A DNA stretch of 64,000 nucleotides from Bacteroidales bacterium (GTDB lineage: Bacteria; Bacteroidota; Bacteroidia; Bacteroidales; UBA7960). A program made the position numbers and the translations under genes. This document shows, one piece after another, positions 23,230 through 33,189 of this stretch (its first letter is position 1; each line of letters starts with the position of its first letter). The stretch is taken from positions 3,457 through 67,456 of the forward strand of contig PWON01000196.1 in assembly GCA_003557385.1 (NCBI GenBank), in the 5' to 3' direction. Under the pieces are notes generated by a model. The model did no database searches. It was not told the origin of the DNA and saw only the letters and a program-made list of their open reading frames with translations.

Positions 23230-23445
23230 ATGAAAAAATTCTTTTTGATCCTGGGCGTGGTCATCGTGCTTGTTGCCCTCTCACGCGGAATCATGTATCT
23301 TCATGATTATTACGCATTGAATGAAGCGCAAAAGGAGTTGGTTTACGAACTATTCATGGGCAACATCATTGGCAGCATCCTGCTGCTGGCTTTGGGCGGT
23401 GCGGCAATATTCTTCGGGCTGAGAAAAAAGAAGACCGGCAAGTGA
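23230..23445 (+). CDS. Small two-TM membrane protein, unknown function
   Basis: 71 aa; two hydrophobic segments and basic termini. Confidence 0.6.
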   Translation: MKKFFLILGVVIVLVALSRGIMYLHDYYALNEAQKELVYELFMGNIIGSILLLALGGAAIFFGLRKKKTGK

Positions 23446-23479
23446 CCCCCAACATTTTTACACTTTGGAAGCAATGAAA

Positions 23480-25051
23480 TTATTTCCGCAAAACGATGCG
23501 GAAGGTGGTGCCGTTATTGATTGAAGAATGCTTTACAAAAAGCTTCCCACCGTGGTAGTTTTCCACAATGCGCTTACTCAGCGAAAGGCCCAGTCCCCAA
23601 CCGCTTTTTTTGCTGGTAAATCCAGGGCTGAAAATGGCCTTGTGCTTTGATTGGGGAATCCCTTTCCCGTCGTCGGAGATATCAATGACCACCTGGTCGG
23701 TCTGATCGTCGAGGGTGATGTAAATGCTCCCCGCTCCATGCATCGCATCAATGGCATTTTTGATGATGTTCTCAACGACCCATCCGAACAGGTGCGGGTT
23801 GTGCGGCACCATGATTTCTTTGGCAGGAAGCGCCAGTTTATAAGACACCTTGCGGGGGGTGCGCCGTTTCATATATTCCACCACGTCGTTGACAGAATCA
23901 ACGATATTGATCGACAACAGCTGGGGAGGTGACCCGATCTTTGAAAACCGTTCGGTTATATTCTCCAGCCGTTTTACGTCTTTAGAAATTTCTCCTATGG
24001 TATCTTCATCCACCCCTTTCGACTTCAATAACTCCAGCCATGCCATCAGCGACGACAAAGGGGTGCCAAGCTGGTGTGCCGTTTCTTTCGACATGCCCAC
24101 CCAAACCTGGTTCTGTTCGGCATTTCGCGCAATACTGAACAACACATAGGCCACAAACAGAAAAATGCCGATGGCAAGAAATTGAGCCAGGGGATAATAC
24201 CGGAGCTGGGTAAGCAAGAATGAATTCGTGTAATACACATAACACTGCCCGTATGTTGGCAGGTTCACCGAAAGATAACGGTTTGAATCCGCCATGGAAC
24301 TGACCAATTCCCTTACCTGCGCCTCATCACCGAAATCAACCCCCTGAATGTTCCCGTGGGCAATCAGTTCAGAGCCCCTGCTGTCCACAACGATCACGGG
24401 TACATTGGCTGCATTGATCACCATATCCGAAATAAAGGTATCAATCAAATCATGCAGCAAGTTCCGGAGTTCGGTAAAGACCCTGGAATCCTGATAGTAA
24501 ACATAACGGTACCCCCCATTTATGGGAAATGAGATGGGGGCATATTTTGAGAAATAACCGGCCAGCTCGCCGGTCAGTTCCTGGTAGTCAGAAAACCGGC
24601 CTTCAAGGTTGGCCAGGGTGATGACTTCGCCTTGCTCGTCAGTCAGCGCCAGCGGAATGGTGGTATTGCTCTGCAAAATATTCAGGTAAAAGGTAAGGGC
24701 GTCCGGATCCAGTTCATGCTCAAGCCGCCCGTATACTTCTGTGAGCAATTGTACACGCTTTTCTTCTTCATGTTGTATGAGGGCAAACAGATACTCACTG
24801 TCGCGCAACAGGGTTTCCCTTTTCCGGATGGCATCGACCCACAATTCAACCCGCTGACGTTCATCATGTGCGATCTTACGAACCATCACATCTGTATAGT
24901 ACAATGAGGCCAGCACAATCAGTGCAGCGAAACCAAGCAGGTAGAGTTTCCATTGCTGCTTGCGGGAGTAGAGCTCAAGCCCGGCAATTTTTTTTAATAA
25001 GCCCAAATAAACCCTCCGTTCAAATGACACAAAAAAACCAATTCCCTTCAA
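23480..25051 (-). CDS. Orphan membrane sensor histidine kinase (start uncertain)
   Basis: Two TM helices; H-box KETAHQLGTPLS, N-box ENIIKNAIDAM, DDGKG, GWGLGL; no adjacent response regulator. Confidence 0.9.
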   Translation of the reverse strand: MKGIGFFVSFERRVYLGLLKKIAGLELYSRKQQWKLYLLGFAALIVLASLYYTDVMVRKIAHDERQRVELWVDAIRKRETLLRDSEYLFALIQHEEEKRVQLLTEVYGRLEHELDPDALTFYLNILQSNTTIPLALTDEQGEVITLANLEGRFSDYQELTGELAGYFSKYAPISFPINGGYRYVYYQDSRVFTELRNLLHDLIDTFISDMVINAANVPVIVVDSRGSELIAHGNIQGVDFGDEAQVRELVSSMADSNRYLSVNLPTYGQCYVYYTNSFLLTQLRYYPLAQFLAIGIFLFVAYVLFSIARNAEQNQVWVGMSKETAHQLGTPLSSLMAWLELLKSKGVDEDTIGEISKDVKRLENITERFSKIGSPPQLLSINIVDSVNDVVEYMKRRTPRKVSYKLALPAKEIMVPHNPHLFGWVVENIIKNAIDAMHGAGSIYITLDDQTDQVVIDISDDGKGIPQSKHKAIFSPGFTSKKSGWGLGLSLSKRIVENYHGGKLFVKHSSINNGTTFRIVLRK

Positions 25052-25149
25052 AAATAAAACTTTTAAACCATATGTTTATGAAATAAAGCTGATCGACATC
25101 CACTGAGTTTTTATACTTTTGTGTCGAGAATTACTGAAAAAACCGAACA

Positions 25150-26670
25150 ATGTCCTTTATAAACAATGTAGTTTCGTGGTTTCTTAAGAAACGCATTTCG
25201 CAGATTGAATATTTCAAAAAGCATCCCGTCGAGGCCCAGAATAATACCCTGATGGAACTTATCAGGGTTGCCAGGTACACCGAATGGGGGAAAAAGCACG
25301 GTTTTGCAAACCTTACTTCTTATCAAATGTTTCGCGACCGTGTCCCCTTACAGGATTACGAAGACGTTAAACCATATATAGACCGCCTGCTTAAGGGCGA
25401 GCAAAATATTTTATGGCCCACCGATATCCAATGGTTTGCCAAATCATCCGGCACCACCAGCGACCGCAGTAAATTCATCCCAATCAGCCAGGAAGCCCTT
25501 TCCAATTGTCATTACAAGGCAAGCAAGGATGTATTGTCCATATACTGCAACAACAATCCGGCTTCGAGGATCTTCGACGGCAAAGGCCTGATTATGGGAG
25601 GAAGCCACAAAGTCAGTGAATTCAACAACCGGGCTTATTTTGGTGATCTGTCTGCGGTTTTATTACAAAACGCCCCACCCCTGGGTGAATTTTTCCGTAC
25701 CCCTGACCTTTCCCTGGCTTTGCTTGATAACTGGGAAGAAAAACTGGACAAAATTGCGCATGCGACCTACCCGAAAAATGTAACAAGCATCAGCGGAGTG
25801 CCATCATTGAACCTGGTGTTACTTAAAAGGGTATTGGAAATCACCGGCCGGAACAACATCCTGGAGGTTTGGCCAAAACTGGAGCTTTTCATTCATGGAG
25901 GTGTTAGTTTTAGCCCCTATCGCAATCAGTTCGAAAAAATTATTCCCAGCCCCGATATGCATTACATGGAAACCTACAACGCATCCGAAGGTTTTTTTGG
26001 CATCCAGGACGAACCGGGGGCTGACGAAATGTTGCTGATGCTTGATTATGGAATTTTTTATGAGTTTATCCCCATGGATGAATATGACCGGCCAGAACCC
26101 AGGGCAATCCCTTTGGCAGAAGTGGATACAGACACCAATTATGCCATGGTCATCAGTACCAACGCAGGCCTTTGGCGCTACCTGATTGGCGACACCATCC
26201 GTTTTACCGGTACATCCCCATACCGGATCAAGATTTCGGGACGTACCAAAAGCTTCATCAATGCCTTTGGAGAAGAGGTGATTGTGGATAATACCGACAG
26301 CGCCCTGCAAACAGCAAGCCAGGAAACCGGCGCCATCATCAGCGAATACACGGCCGCCCCCATATACCTCGGCGACAAGCAATCTGCTGCGCACCAATAT
26401 ATTATTGAGTTTGAGAAAGAACCCAGTGATCTGGAACGATTCACCAATATCCTTGATGAGCGCATGAAAGCACTGAATTCCGACTACGAAGCCAAACGCA
26501 GTGCCAACCTGATGCTGAAAAAACCCAGGATCACCATGGTGCCGCAGCAAACATTTTTTAAATGGATGAAGTCGAAAGGCAAAATCGGCGGACAACACAA
26601 AGTGCCGCGGCTTTTCAATGACAGAAAATATGTGGACGACATCCTCTCTTTCCTGAAAAAGAACAGCTGA
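25150..26670 (+). CDS. GH3 family acyl-adenylate-forming protein
   Basis: AKSSGTTS, YNASEGFF, GLWRYLIGD, GGQHKVPRL; promoter-like TACTTTTG at 25114-25121. Confidence 0.9.
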   Translation: MSFINNVVSWFLKKRISQIEYFKKHPVEAQNNTLMELIRVARYTEWGKKHGFANLTSYQMFRDRVPLQDYEDVKPYIDRLLKGEQNILWPTDIQWFAKSSGTTSDRSKFIPISQEALSNCHYKASKDVLSIYCNNNPASRIFDGKGLIMGGSHKVSEFNNRAYFGDLSAVLLQNAPPLGEFFRTPDLSLALLDNWEEKLDKIAHATYPKNVTSISGVPSLNLVLLKRVLEITGRNNILEVWPKLELFIHGGVSFSPYRNQFEKIIPSPDMHYMETYNASEGFFGIQDEPGADEMLLMLDYGIFYEFIPMDEYDRPEPRAIPLAEVDTDTNYAMVISTNAGLWRYLIGDTIRFTGTSPYRIKISGRTKSFINAFGEEVIVDNTDSALQTASQETGAIISEYTAAPIYLGDKQSAAHQYIIEFEKEPSDLERFTNILDERMKALNSDYEAKRSANLMLKKPRITMVPQQTFFKWMKSKGKIGGQHKVPRLFNDRKYVDDILSFLKKNS

Positions 26671-26752
26671 TTTGTCGCGGGCAAATCGCACCGGCCGTTG
26701 GTTTAAATAAAAAGAAAGTGTATTTTTGCTTCAACCACTAAGCCAAAACAAC

Positions 26753-27367
26753 ATGCATATTGCCATTGCCGGGAATATCGGTTCCGGAAAGACCACCCTC
26801 GCCGGACTGCTCTCAAAACATTACGGGTGGCAAGCCCACTACGAAGATGTAGACACCAACCCCTACCTGAATAATTTTTATGAAGACATGAAACGTTGGT
26901 CGTTCAACCTTCAGATCTATTTTCTGAACAGCCGCTTCCGTCAGGTGGTGGAAATACGCAAAAAAAACAAAAATGTTATTCAGGACCGGACCATTTATGA
27001 GGACGCGTATATTTTTGCGCCCAACCTGCATGCCATGGGCCTGATGGAATCGCGCGATTTCAACAACTATTCAAGCCTGTTTGAACTGATGAGTTCGTTC
27101 ATTCAGCCACCCGATCTGCTTATTTACTTAAAGGCAAGCGTCCCCACGCTGGTCAACCAGATACAGAAAAGAGGCCGGGAATATGAAAACACCATTCGCC
27201 TCGATTACCTGAAAAAGCTGAATGAGCGTTACGAAGAATGGATCACTGGCTATGACCTGGGCAAACTGTTGATTGTTAATGTGGATAAAATTAAGTTCAG
27301 TGAGCGGCAGGAAGACCTGGCGGAGGTGGTCCAAAGAATCGACGCTGAAATACACGGCCTGTTTTAA
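26753..27367 (+). CDS. Deoxynucleoside kinase
   Basis: GNIGSGKTT, QDRTIYED, RGREYE; TATTTTTG at 26721-26728 favours the 26753 start. Confidence 0.93.
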   Translation: MHIAIAGNIGSGKTTLAGLLSKHYGWQAHYEDVDTNPYLNNFYEDMKRWSFNLQIYFLNSRFRQVVEIRKKNKNVIQDRTIYEDAYIFAPNLHAMGLMESRDFNNYSSLFELMSSFIQPPDLLIYLKASVPTLVNQIQKRGREYENTIRLDYLKKLNERYEEWITGYDLGKLLIVNVDKIKFSERQEDLAEVVQRIDAEIHGLF

Positions 27368-27409
27368 TGTATGCACATCCCTGCCGATCGCTGATAACAA
27401 CCTTATTGT

Positions 27410-28180
27410 ATGCATTTCATCGGAATCATTCCCGCACGTTTCGCATCCACCAGATTCCCGGGCAAACCCCTGGCGATGATCCATGGCAAATCCATGATCC
27501 GGCGGGTTTATGAGCAAGCTGTTTCATGCAAAACACTCAACACTGTGGTGGTCGCTACCGACGACCAACGCATTTACGATCACGTATCCGGGTTCGGGAG
27601 GGTGGTTATGACCAGGGCAGACCACGCCAGTGGAACAGCCAGGTGTCTCGAAGCGTTCCAAAAAATCAACACAGAAAATATGTATGGACCGGAAGATGGC
27701 ATTGTCAACATCCAGGGAGACGAGCCATTTATTGACCCCGGACAGATTGACCAGGTCGTTGCTTGCCTGAAAGATCCCCGCAAACATATTGTCACCCTGG
27801 CCAAAAGGATAACGCATGAATTAGAAATCCATGACCCCAATGTGGTCAAAGTGGTATTCAGCCAGTCAGGAAACGCGATGTATTTCAGCAGGGGATGCAT
27901 CCCTTTTGTCCTGGCTGACGGGAATGAGAAAGGTTACGCAGGGCTTGGGATCCATTACAAGCACATTGGCATTTACGGATACCGGGCCGTGATTCTTAAA
28001 CGCATTGTTTCACTGAAGGAAAGCAGCCTGGAGGCCGCAGAAAAACTGGAGCAATTGCGATGGATGCAACAAGATTTCAAAATTTTCGTAGAAGAAACAT
28101 ATAAGGAAGGCTTTGCCATTGATACGCCGGAAGACCTCAAAAAGGTGCTGAAACATTCCGGAGGACCCGTTGGCACCTGA
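27410..28180 (+). CDS. kdsB: 3-deoxy-manno-octulosonate cytidylyltransferase
   Basis: IPARFASTRFPGKPL, NIQGDEP, HIGIYGY, EKLEQLR. Confidence 0.96.
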   Translation: MHFIGIIPARFASTRFPGKPLAMIHGKSMIRRVYEQAVSCKTLNTVVVATDDQRIYDHVSGFGRVVMTRADHASGTARCLEAFQKINTENMYGPEDGIVNIQGDEPFIDPGQIDQVVACLKDPRKHIVTLAKRITHELEIHDPNVVKVVFSQSGNAMYFSRGCIPFVLADGNEKGYAGLGIHYKHIGIYGYRAVILKRIVSLKESSLEAAEKLEQLRWMQQDFKIFVEETYKEGFAIDTPEDLKKVLKHSGGPVGT

Positions 28181-28282
28181 TATATACAAGGAAATGATTG
28201 GTTTGTAAGCTTTTTTTTCTAATTTAGTACATTATTCACAACACAAACCGTCGAATATTCAGACAATAATTGTAAAGACACC

Positions 28283-29386
28283 ATGCAACTTGGGAAGTAC
28301 ATCAGCGATCTGCTTTATCATCACGACCAGGTGATTTTGCCGGGCTTCGGGGCATTTTCGACCCGCTATGTTCCGGCAAAATTCATTCCGGAGAAAAAAA
28401 TCGTGGAATCGCCCACCAAGGTCGCTGAATTCAGTCCTGAGCCATCCACCGGAAGCACACCGCTCATTGCCTATATGGCGGAAAAAGAAGGAAGATCCAT
28501 TGACTGGATCAATGATTTTTTAAAGAAACTGGTCAAAGAAATCGTTACTTCCATTGAGTCAGGCAACAAGGTGGAATTTGAATACCTTGGCGTATTCCAG
28601 CTGGATGCAGATGGCCTGCTGCAATTTATCCCCGACCCAAAAGTCAATTACCTCAAGGAAGATACGGGTTTGTCGCAGGTAAAGGCACCGGAGCAAAAGG
28701 AGATGGAAGCAGACATCAAACCACCACCCGTTTCCCCGGCCAAAGAAAAAGCAACAATACCTGAAGCAGAACCACCTGCGGCAGCGAAAAAAACCATTAA
28801 AAAACAAAAAGAAAAAACCGAATATACGCACACCAATACCCCTGATCCGATGAAAATAACAATGCCCAAATTGCCCCCGGCCCTCAAGTGGCTGGCGTAT
28901 GTCATCATTCCCCTGTTGGTGATCCTGATCATCCTGTTTCTGAATTTTAACTTCTTCTTTGGAGAAGGCGGCCTGTTCAGGACAGGCGAACGCCCTGTGG
29001 TTGAATTACCCCCGGCCGAGCCCACGCCTCCGGCAATCACTGAAACACCGGTTGAGCCACCGGCCGAAGTGGTGGAAACTGAACCGGTCGAAGTGGCGAA
29101 CCCCTTACCGGCAGAACCGGAACCTGTGGCCGCACCTGCCAAACCCGAACCAGGAAGAAAAACCTATTACATTGTTGTAGGGAGCTTCCGCAATGAGCGC
29201 AACGCAATAAGGCTGGCAGAAAATCTCCGCAACCAGGGAGCACACCAGGCGCAGGTGTTTATGCGAACCCCGTCTGATTTCCACCGGGTATGCTATGCCT
29301 TTTACTATGACCTGGCAGAAGCCGAGGCAGCCAAAGCAAGGATACCGGCAGAATTCCGGGAGATCGCCTGGATCCTGCACAGGTAA
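28283..29386 (+). CDS. HU-like N-terminal domains, TM helix and C-terminal SPOR domain protein
   Basis: ISDLLY...VILPGFGAF (HU-CCDC81-like), Pro/Glu-rich linkers, one TM helix, YYIVVGSFRNERNA...AWIL. Confidence 0.8.
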   Translation: MQLGKYISDLLYHHDQVILPGFGAFSTRYVPAKFIPEKKIVESPTKVAEFSPEPSTGSTPLIAYMAEKEGRSIDWINDFLKKLVKEIVTSIESGNKVEFEYLGVFQLDADGLLQFIPDPKVNYLKEDTGLSQVKAPEQKEMEADIKPPPVSPAKEKATIPEAEPPAAAKKTIKKQKEKTEYTHTNTPDPMKITMPKLPPALKWLAYVIIPLLVILIILFLNFNFFFGEGGLFRTGERPVVELPPAEPTPPAITETPVEPPAEVVETEPVEVANPLPAEPEPVAAPAKPEPGRKTYYIVVGSFRNERNAIRLAENLRNQGAHQAQVFMRTPSDFHRVCYAFYYDLAEAEAAKARIPAEFREIAWILHR

Positions 29387-29415
29387 ACAGATGCTCGTAT
29401 TCTGAAAGACAAACC

Positions 29416-30423
29416 GTGGGAAAGAATAAGTTACGGAAATTCGCGGAGATCAACAGCTTTTCCAACGTTATCCAGCCTCAATCGGAGTTTACCACCACCC
29501 ATTTCCAATATAAGGGGAAATGGAACGAGGCCTATTTTGGCAACAACAATCCCATCATCCTTGAGATCGGGTGCGGGAAGGGGGAGTACACTACAGGCCT
29601 TGCCAGGGCCTTTCCGGAAAAGAATTTTATTGGCATTGACATCAAGGGCGACAGGATCTGGAAGGGGGCAAGCGATGCATTGAACCAGGGGTTACACAAT
29701 GTGGCTTTTTTGCGGATCCAGGCCCAGCACATCGAATCATTCTTTCAACAGAAAGAGGTGGCAGGCATATGGCTGACCTTCCCTGACCCGCAGTCCGGAA
29801 AAGCGCGTGAAAAAAAAAGGCTGACATCGCCGTGGTTTTTGGACAAATACAGGAGTATCCTCATTCCCGGCAGCGCCATTCACCTTAAAACCGATAATGC
29901 CGGATTGTTTGAATACACGCTGGCCGTTATTGAGGAAGGCAAACATACGGTTATATGCCGCAGCACCGACCTTTATTCCGACACACGCATCAGTGAGCCT
30001 TATGTAAAATCCATCCAAACCTTTTATGAAAAACAATTCCTGGACGAAGGCAAGGCCATACATTACCTGAAATTTTTCTTGCATGACAGGCCTAACGAAC
30101 ACATGTCATTTTTTCAGAAAGTGTATTCGTTGGTGCACAAAATCCCTTTTGGACGCGTAAGCACATACGGGGCAATCGCAGCCTGTCTGGGCAGTAAAGG
30201 AAGCAGCCGCATGGTTGGGTGGGCCATGAACCAGTCCCATCAGGCAGACCCCGGTCTGCCGGCCCACCGTGTGGTGAACAGGCAGGGCATGCTTACCGGC
30301 AAACACCACTTCGGGGGCAGCCATGTCATGCAACAATTGCTCGAGAACGAAGGCATAAAAATCAAAGACGACCAGGTACTGGACTTTCATAAAAAATTTT
30401 GGGACCCGGGCAGGGAGGTATAA
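29416..30423 (+). CDS. trmB: tRNA (guanine-N7)-methyltransferase TrmB fused to an alkyltransferase-like (ATL/MGMT-family) domain
   Basis: N-terminus LEIGCGKG, FPDPQ, RLTS, LKTD; C-terminus from about 30103 IPFGRVSTYGAIA, RMVGWAM, PAHRVV. Confidence 0.88.
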   Translation: MGKNKLRKFAEINSFSNVIQPQSEFTTTHFQYKGKWNEAYFGNNNPIILEIGCGKGEYTTGLARAFPEKNFIGIDIKGDRIWKGASDALNQGLHNVAFLRIQAQHIESFFQQKEVAGIWLTFPDPQSGKAREKKRLTSPWFLDKYRSILIPGSAIHLKTDNAGLFEYTLAVIEEGKHTVICRSTDLYSDTRISEPYVKSIQTFYEKQFLDEGKAIHYLKFFLHDRPNEHMSFFQKVYSLVHKIPFGRVSTYGAIAACLGSKGSSRMVGWAMNQSHQADPGLPAHRVVNRQGMLTGKHHFGGSHVMQQLLENEGIKIKDDQVLDFHKKFWDPGREV

Positions 30424-30480
30424 AAAAATGTGTTATTTTTACAAAAACTAAATTAAAATAATCACCAATACTTAGTATAT

Positions 30481-30723
30481 ATGTCCAAGAATGCAGCGTT
30501 AATAAAAAAAGTAGAAAACGTCATAGATCAAATCCGGCCATACCTCGAAGCAGACGGTGGAAACATCCGTTTTGTGGAACTTACCGACGACATGGTGGTG
30601 AATGTGGAATTGCTTGGAGCATGCGGATCATGCCCAATGAGCCAGATGACATTGAAGGCCGGGGTTGAACAGGCAGTAAAAAAGGCCATCCCTGAAATCA
30701 AATCCGTAGAATCAATCAATTAA
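30481..30723 (+). CDS. NifU-like (Nfu) Fe-S carrier protein
   Basis: IRPYLEADGG, GACGSCP, TLKAGVE. Confidence 0.93.
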   Translation: MSKNAALIKKVENVIDQIRPYLEADGGNIRFVELTDDMVVNVELLGACGSCPMSQMTLKAGVEQAVKKAIPEIKSVESIN

Positions 30724-32373
30724 ATCAAGTGTGCCATAGGCTGCGTCAAGCGGCATTTCCCTTCCTGCGCCAAGGCATTTTGAAGACACCCTCAGGATGG
30801 GTGGTGTCTGGTGACGTTTGTATTCACTACCATATACCATATTGAGCACCTTGCGCACCAGTATGCGGTCATGGCCTTCACCGACAATGGCATTGCCATC
30901 CATCTGTTTTTCAAATAAACAGTGCAAAATACCATCCAGCACCGGATATTCAGGCAGTGAATCGGTGTCTTTCTGATCCGGTTTTAACTCAGCAGACGGG
31001 GGTTTGTTGATGGTATTTTCGGGAATAACCTCCCCGTTGGCGTTGATCAAGCGGGCCAAGCTGTAAACATCTGTTTTATAAACATCCCCGAGTACAGACA
31101 AACCACCGCACATATCCCCGTAAAGGGTGCTGTATCCCACGGCTGCCTCACTTTTATTGGAAGTGTTGAGCAACAGGTAGCCGAATTTATTCGAAAGCCC
31201 CATGAGCAGCACAGCCCTGGCCCTTGCCTGTATGTTTTCTTCGGCAATACCCGGACGTGTTCCCTGGAATTGAACGGCAAGACTGTTTTCCATACTTGAT
31301 ACGGCATCGTTGATCGATATGGTATCGTGGCGGATATCAAGATTCCTCGCCAGGGCCAGGGCATCGGTTATGGAATGTTCTGTGCTGTATGGCCCGGGAA
31401 GCAAAACCGCCCAAACATTCTCCTTTCCGAGGGCTTCTGCGGCAATCACCAGGGTCACTGCCGAATCGATGCCTCCTGACAGGCCAATGATCGCTTTTTT
31501 CTGACCTGTTTTGCGGAAATAATCACGGACACCCAGCACCAGTGCGTCATAAATAAGCCGGGATTTTTCTTCCGCTCCGGGCTTTCCGGGAAAAGCCTTT
31601 GTTTTGGCCGTTTCAAGGGTGGTCAGATCATACGTGCGCAAATCCTCCCCAAACATGGGCAACATATCCACCAATTGCCCGGAGGAATTGAATACAGATG
31701 ACGCCCCGTCGAATATCAAATCGGTTTGGCCACCCACCAGGTTTGCCGTAAACAGAGGCACCCGGTATTTGAGGGCATTCTCCGACATGATCTGCATTCT
31801 TCCGGGTACATGGCTCCATGCAAAAGGAGAAGCAGATATATTAATCATCAGGGAAGGGTTTTCTTTGTTTAATATATCCGGCGGATTAACCGGATAAATT
31901 CCCTGGCCATCCAGATTCCATATGTCCTCACATACCGTGAGTGCAATGCGTTCGCCCCCATACACTATGGTACGGAAGGTCCTGGCCGGTTCAAAATACC
32001 TGTATTCATTGAACACATCGTAAGTGGGTAAAAGTCCTTTGTGGTATACCTGTTGCACCTGGCCACCATACAAAAGAAATGCAGCATTGTACAGCGACTT
32101 GCCCCCCCTCCGGGCGTTTGGATCCGGGCCGCCCACAATGGCTGCGATGTCTGTACATCCGGCAGCCACCTGGCTTACTGCTGCCTGACATTGTTCAATG
32201 AATGCTGCAGAAAGCAAAAGGTCGCGTGGCGGGTAACCACACACCGACAATTCAGAAAACACCACCATGTCGGCACCCTGTCGACGGGCATTGTCGATGG
32301 CAGCAAGCATGCGGCCAACATTGTAGTCGAAATTGCCTACGTGAAAATTGATCTGTGCCAGGGCAATGCGCAT
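30712..32373 (-). CDS. nadE: Glutamine-dependent NAD+ synthetase
   Basis: Nitrilase-like domain (FSEL, K, CEDIW) plus SGGIDS, NKSE, YSTLYGD, PPSAEL. Confidence 0.96.
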   Translation of the reverse strand: MRIALAQINFHVGNFDYNVGRMLAAIDNARRQGADMVVFSELSVCGYPPRDLLLSAAFIEQCQAAVSQVAAGCTDIAAIVGGPDPNARRGGKSLYNAAFLLYGGQVQQVYHKGLLPTYDVFNEYRYFEPARTFRTIVYGGERIALTVCEDIWNLDGQGIYPVNPPDILNKENPSLMINISASPFAWSHVPGRMQIMSENALKYRVPLFTANLVGGQTDLIFDGASSVFNSSGQLVDMLPMFGEDLRTYDLTTLETAKTKAFPGKPGAEEKSRLIYDALVLGVRDYFRKTGQKKAIIGLSGGIDSAVTLVIAAEALGKENVWAVLLPGPYSTEHSITDALALARNLDIRHDTISINDAVSSMENSLAVQFQGTRPGIAEENIQARARAVLLMGLSNKFGYLLLNTSNKSEAAVGYSTLYGDMCGGLSVLGDVYKTDVYSLARLINANGEVIPENTINKPPSAELKPDQKDTDSLPEYPVLDGILHCLFEKQMDGNAIVGEGHDRILVRKVLNMVYGSEYKRHQTPPILRVSSKCLGAGREMPLDAAYGTLDLID

Positions 32374-32421
32374 AAGAACTTGGGTTTTGGCCTAATGTCC
32401 CTTGAGGGCCCGCCGGAGCAC

Positions 32422-33117
32422 CTAAAACATGACCCCGAGCGTCAGCTCAAAATAATTGTTCAGGGCACTGGGCGAAGGGCTTGCGGGATCAAAAGGATTG
32501 TCTTTATTCAACACATTCGAAAACCCGTTGTGAAACGTGAGCCCGGCCAGCAAGGAAGTTAGGCCTCCAAGGTTGTATTCGAGGCCTGCCCCAATGATCA
32601 GGGCGGCACGGAAAAAACGGGTGTCGTCCGAAATATCCAGGTCTTTTGTGCGCAATGTGCTGTCCTGCGCCAGATAAATACGGTCATCGGCCTTTGCCTG
32701 GATATTAAAACCCAGACCAAGGCCAAACTTGCCAAAATAGGTGAGGTACCCCATCTCCTCGGTGCTCAACTTAAGGGCCAGCGGGATCTCCACATAGCGC
32801 AGGTAATGATCGCGGCGTTTTTCCGTGTCGAGGTTTTCTCCACCGGGGTCAAAAGTATAGCGGTATCTCATAGTGCCGCCTGTCCGGAGTATGTTCAGGC
32901 CGGTAGATATTGAATAGTTTTCAGTAAACCCGTAATCTACGATCAGGCCATAGGAGAAGCCGGGGTCAAGGCCATCATTCGAAAATCCACGGGTTTCCGT
33001 ACGGAACCATGACACATTCGGAGAGGCCTTTAATCCAAAGCGAAACCCAAAGTCATCGCCGGCCAGCAATGGGCCGGCCATACACAAAAATACAAGCAGG
33101 GCAACGGTCTTTTTCAT
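32422..33117 (-). CDS. Outer-membrane beta-barrel protein (PorT-like family)
   Basis: Signal peptide, amphipathic strands, YVEIPL-LK, C-terminal Phe. Confidence 0.78.
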   Translation of the reverse strand: MKKTVALLVFLCMAGPLLAGDDFGFRFGLKASPNVSWFRTETRGFSNDGLDPGFSYGLIVDYGFTENYSISTGLNILRTGGTMRYRYTFDPGGENLDTEKRRDHYLRYVEIPLALKLSTEEMGYLTYFGKFGLGLGFNIQAKADDRIYLAQDSTLRTKDLDISDDTRFFRAALIIGAGLEYNLGGLTSLLAGLTFHNGFSNVLNKDNPFDPASPSPSALNNYFELTLGVMF

Positions 33118-33189
33118 ACTTTTCGAATGGTAATTGCGTTAATATAATCAATCATTCAATGAACCAAAGATACATAAAGAATCCTCAAT

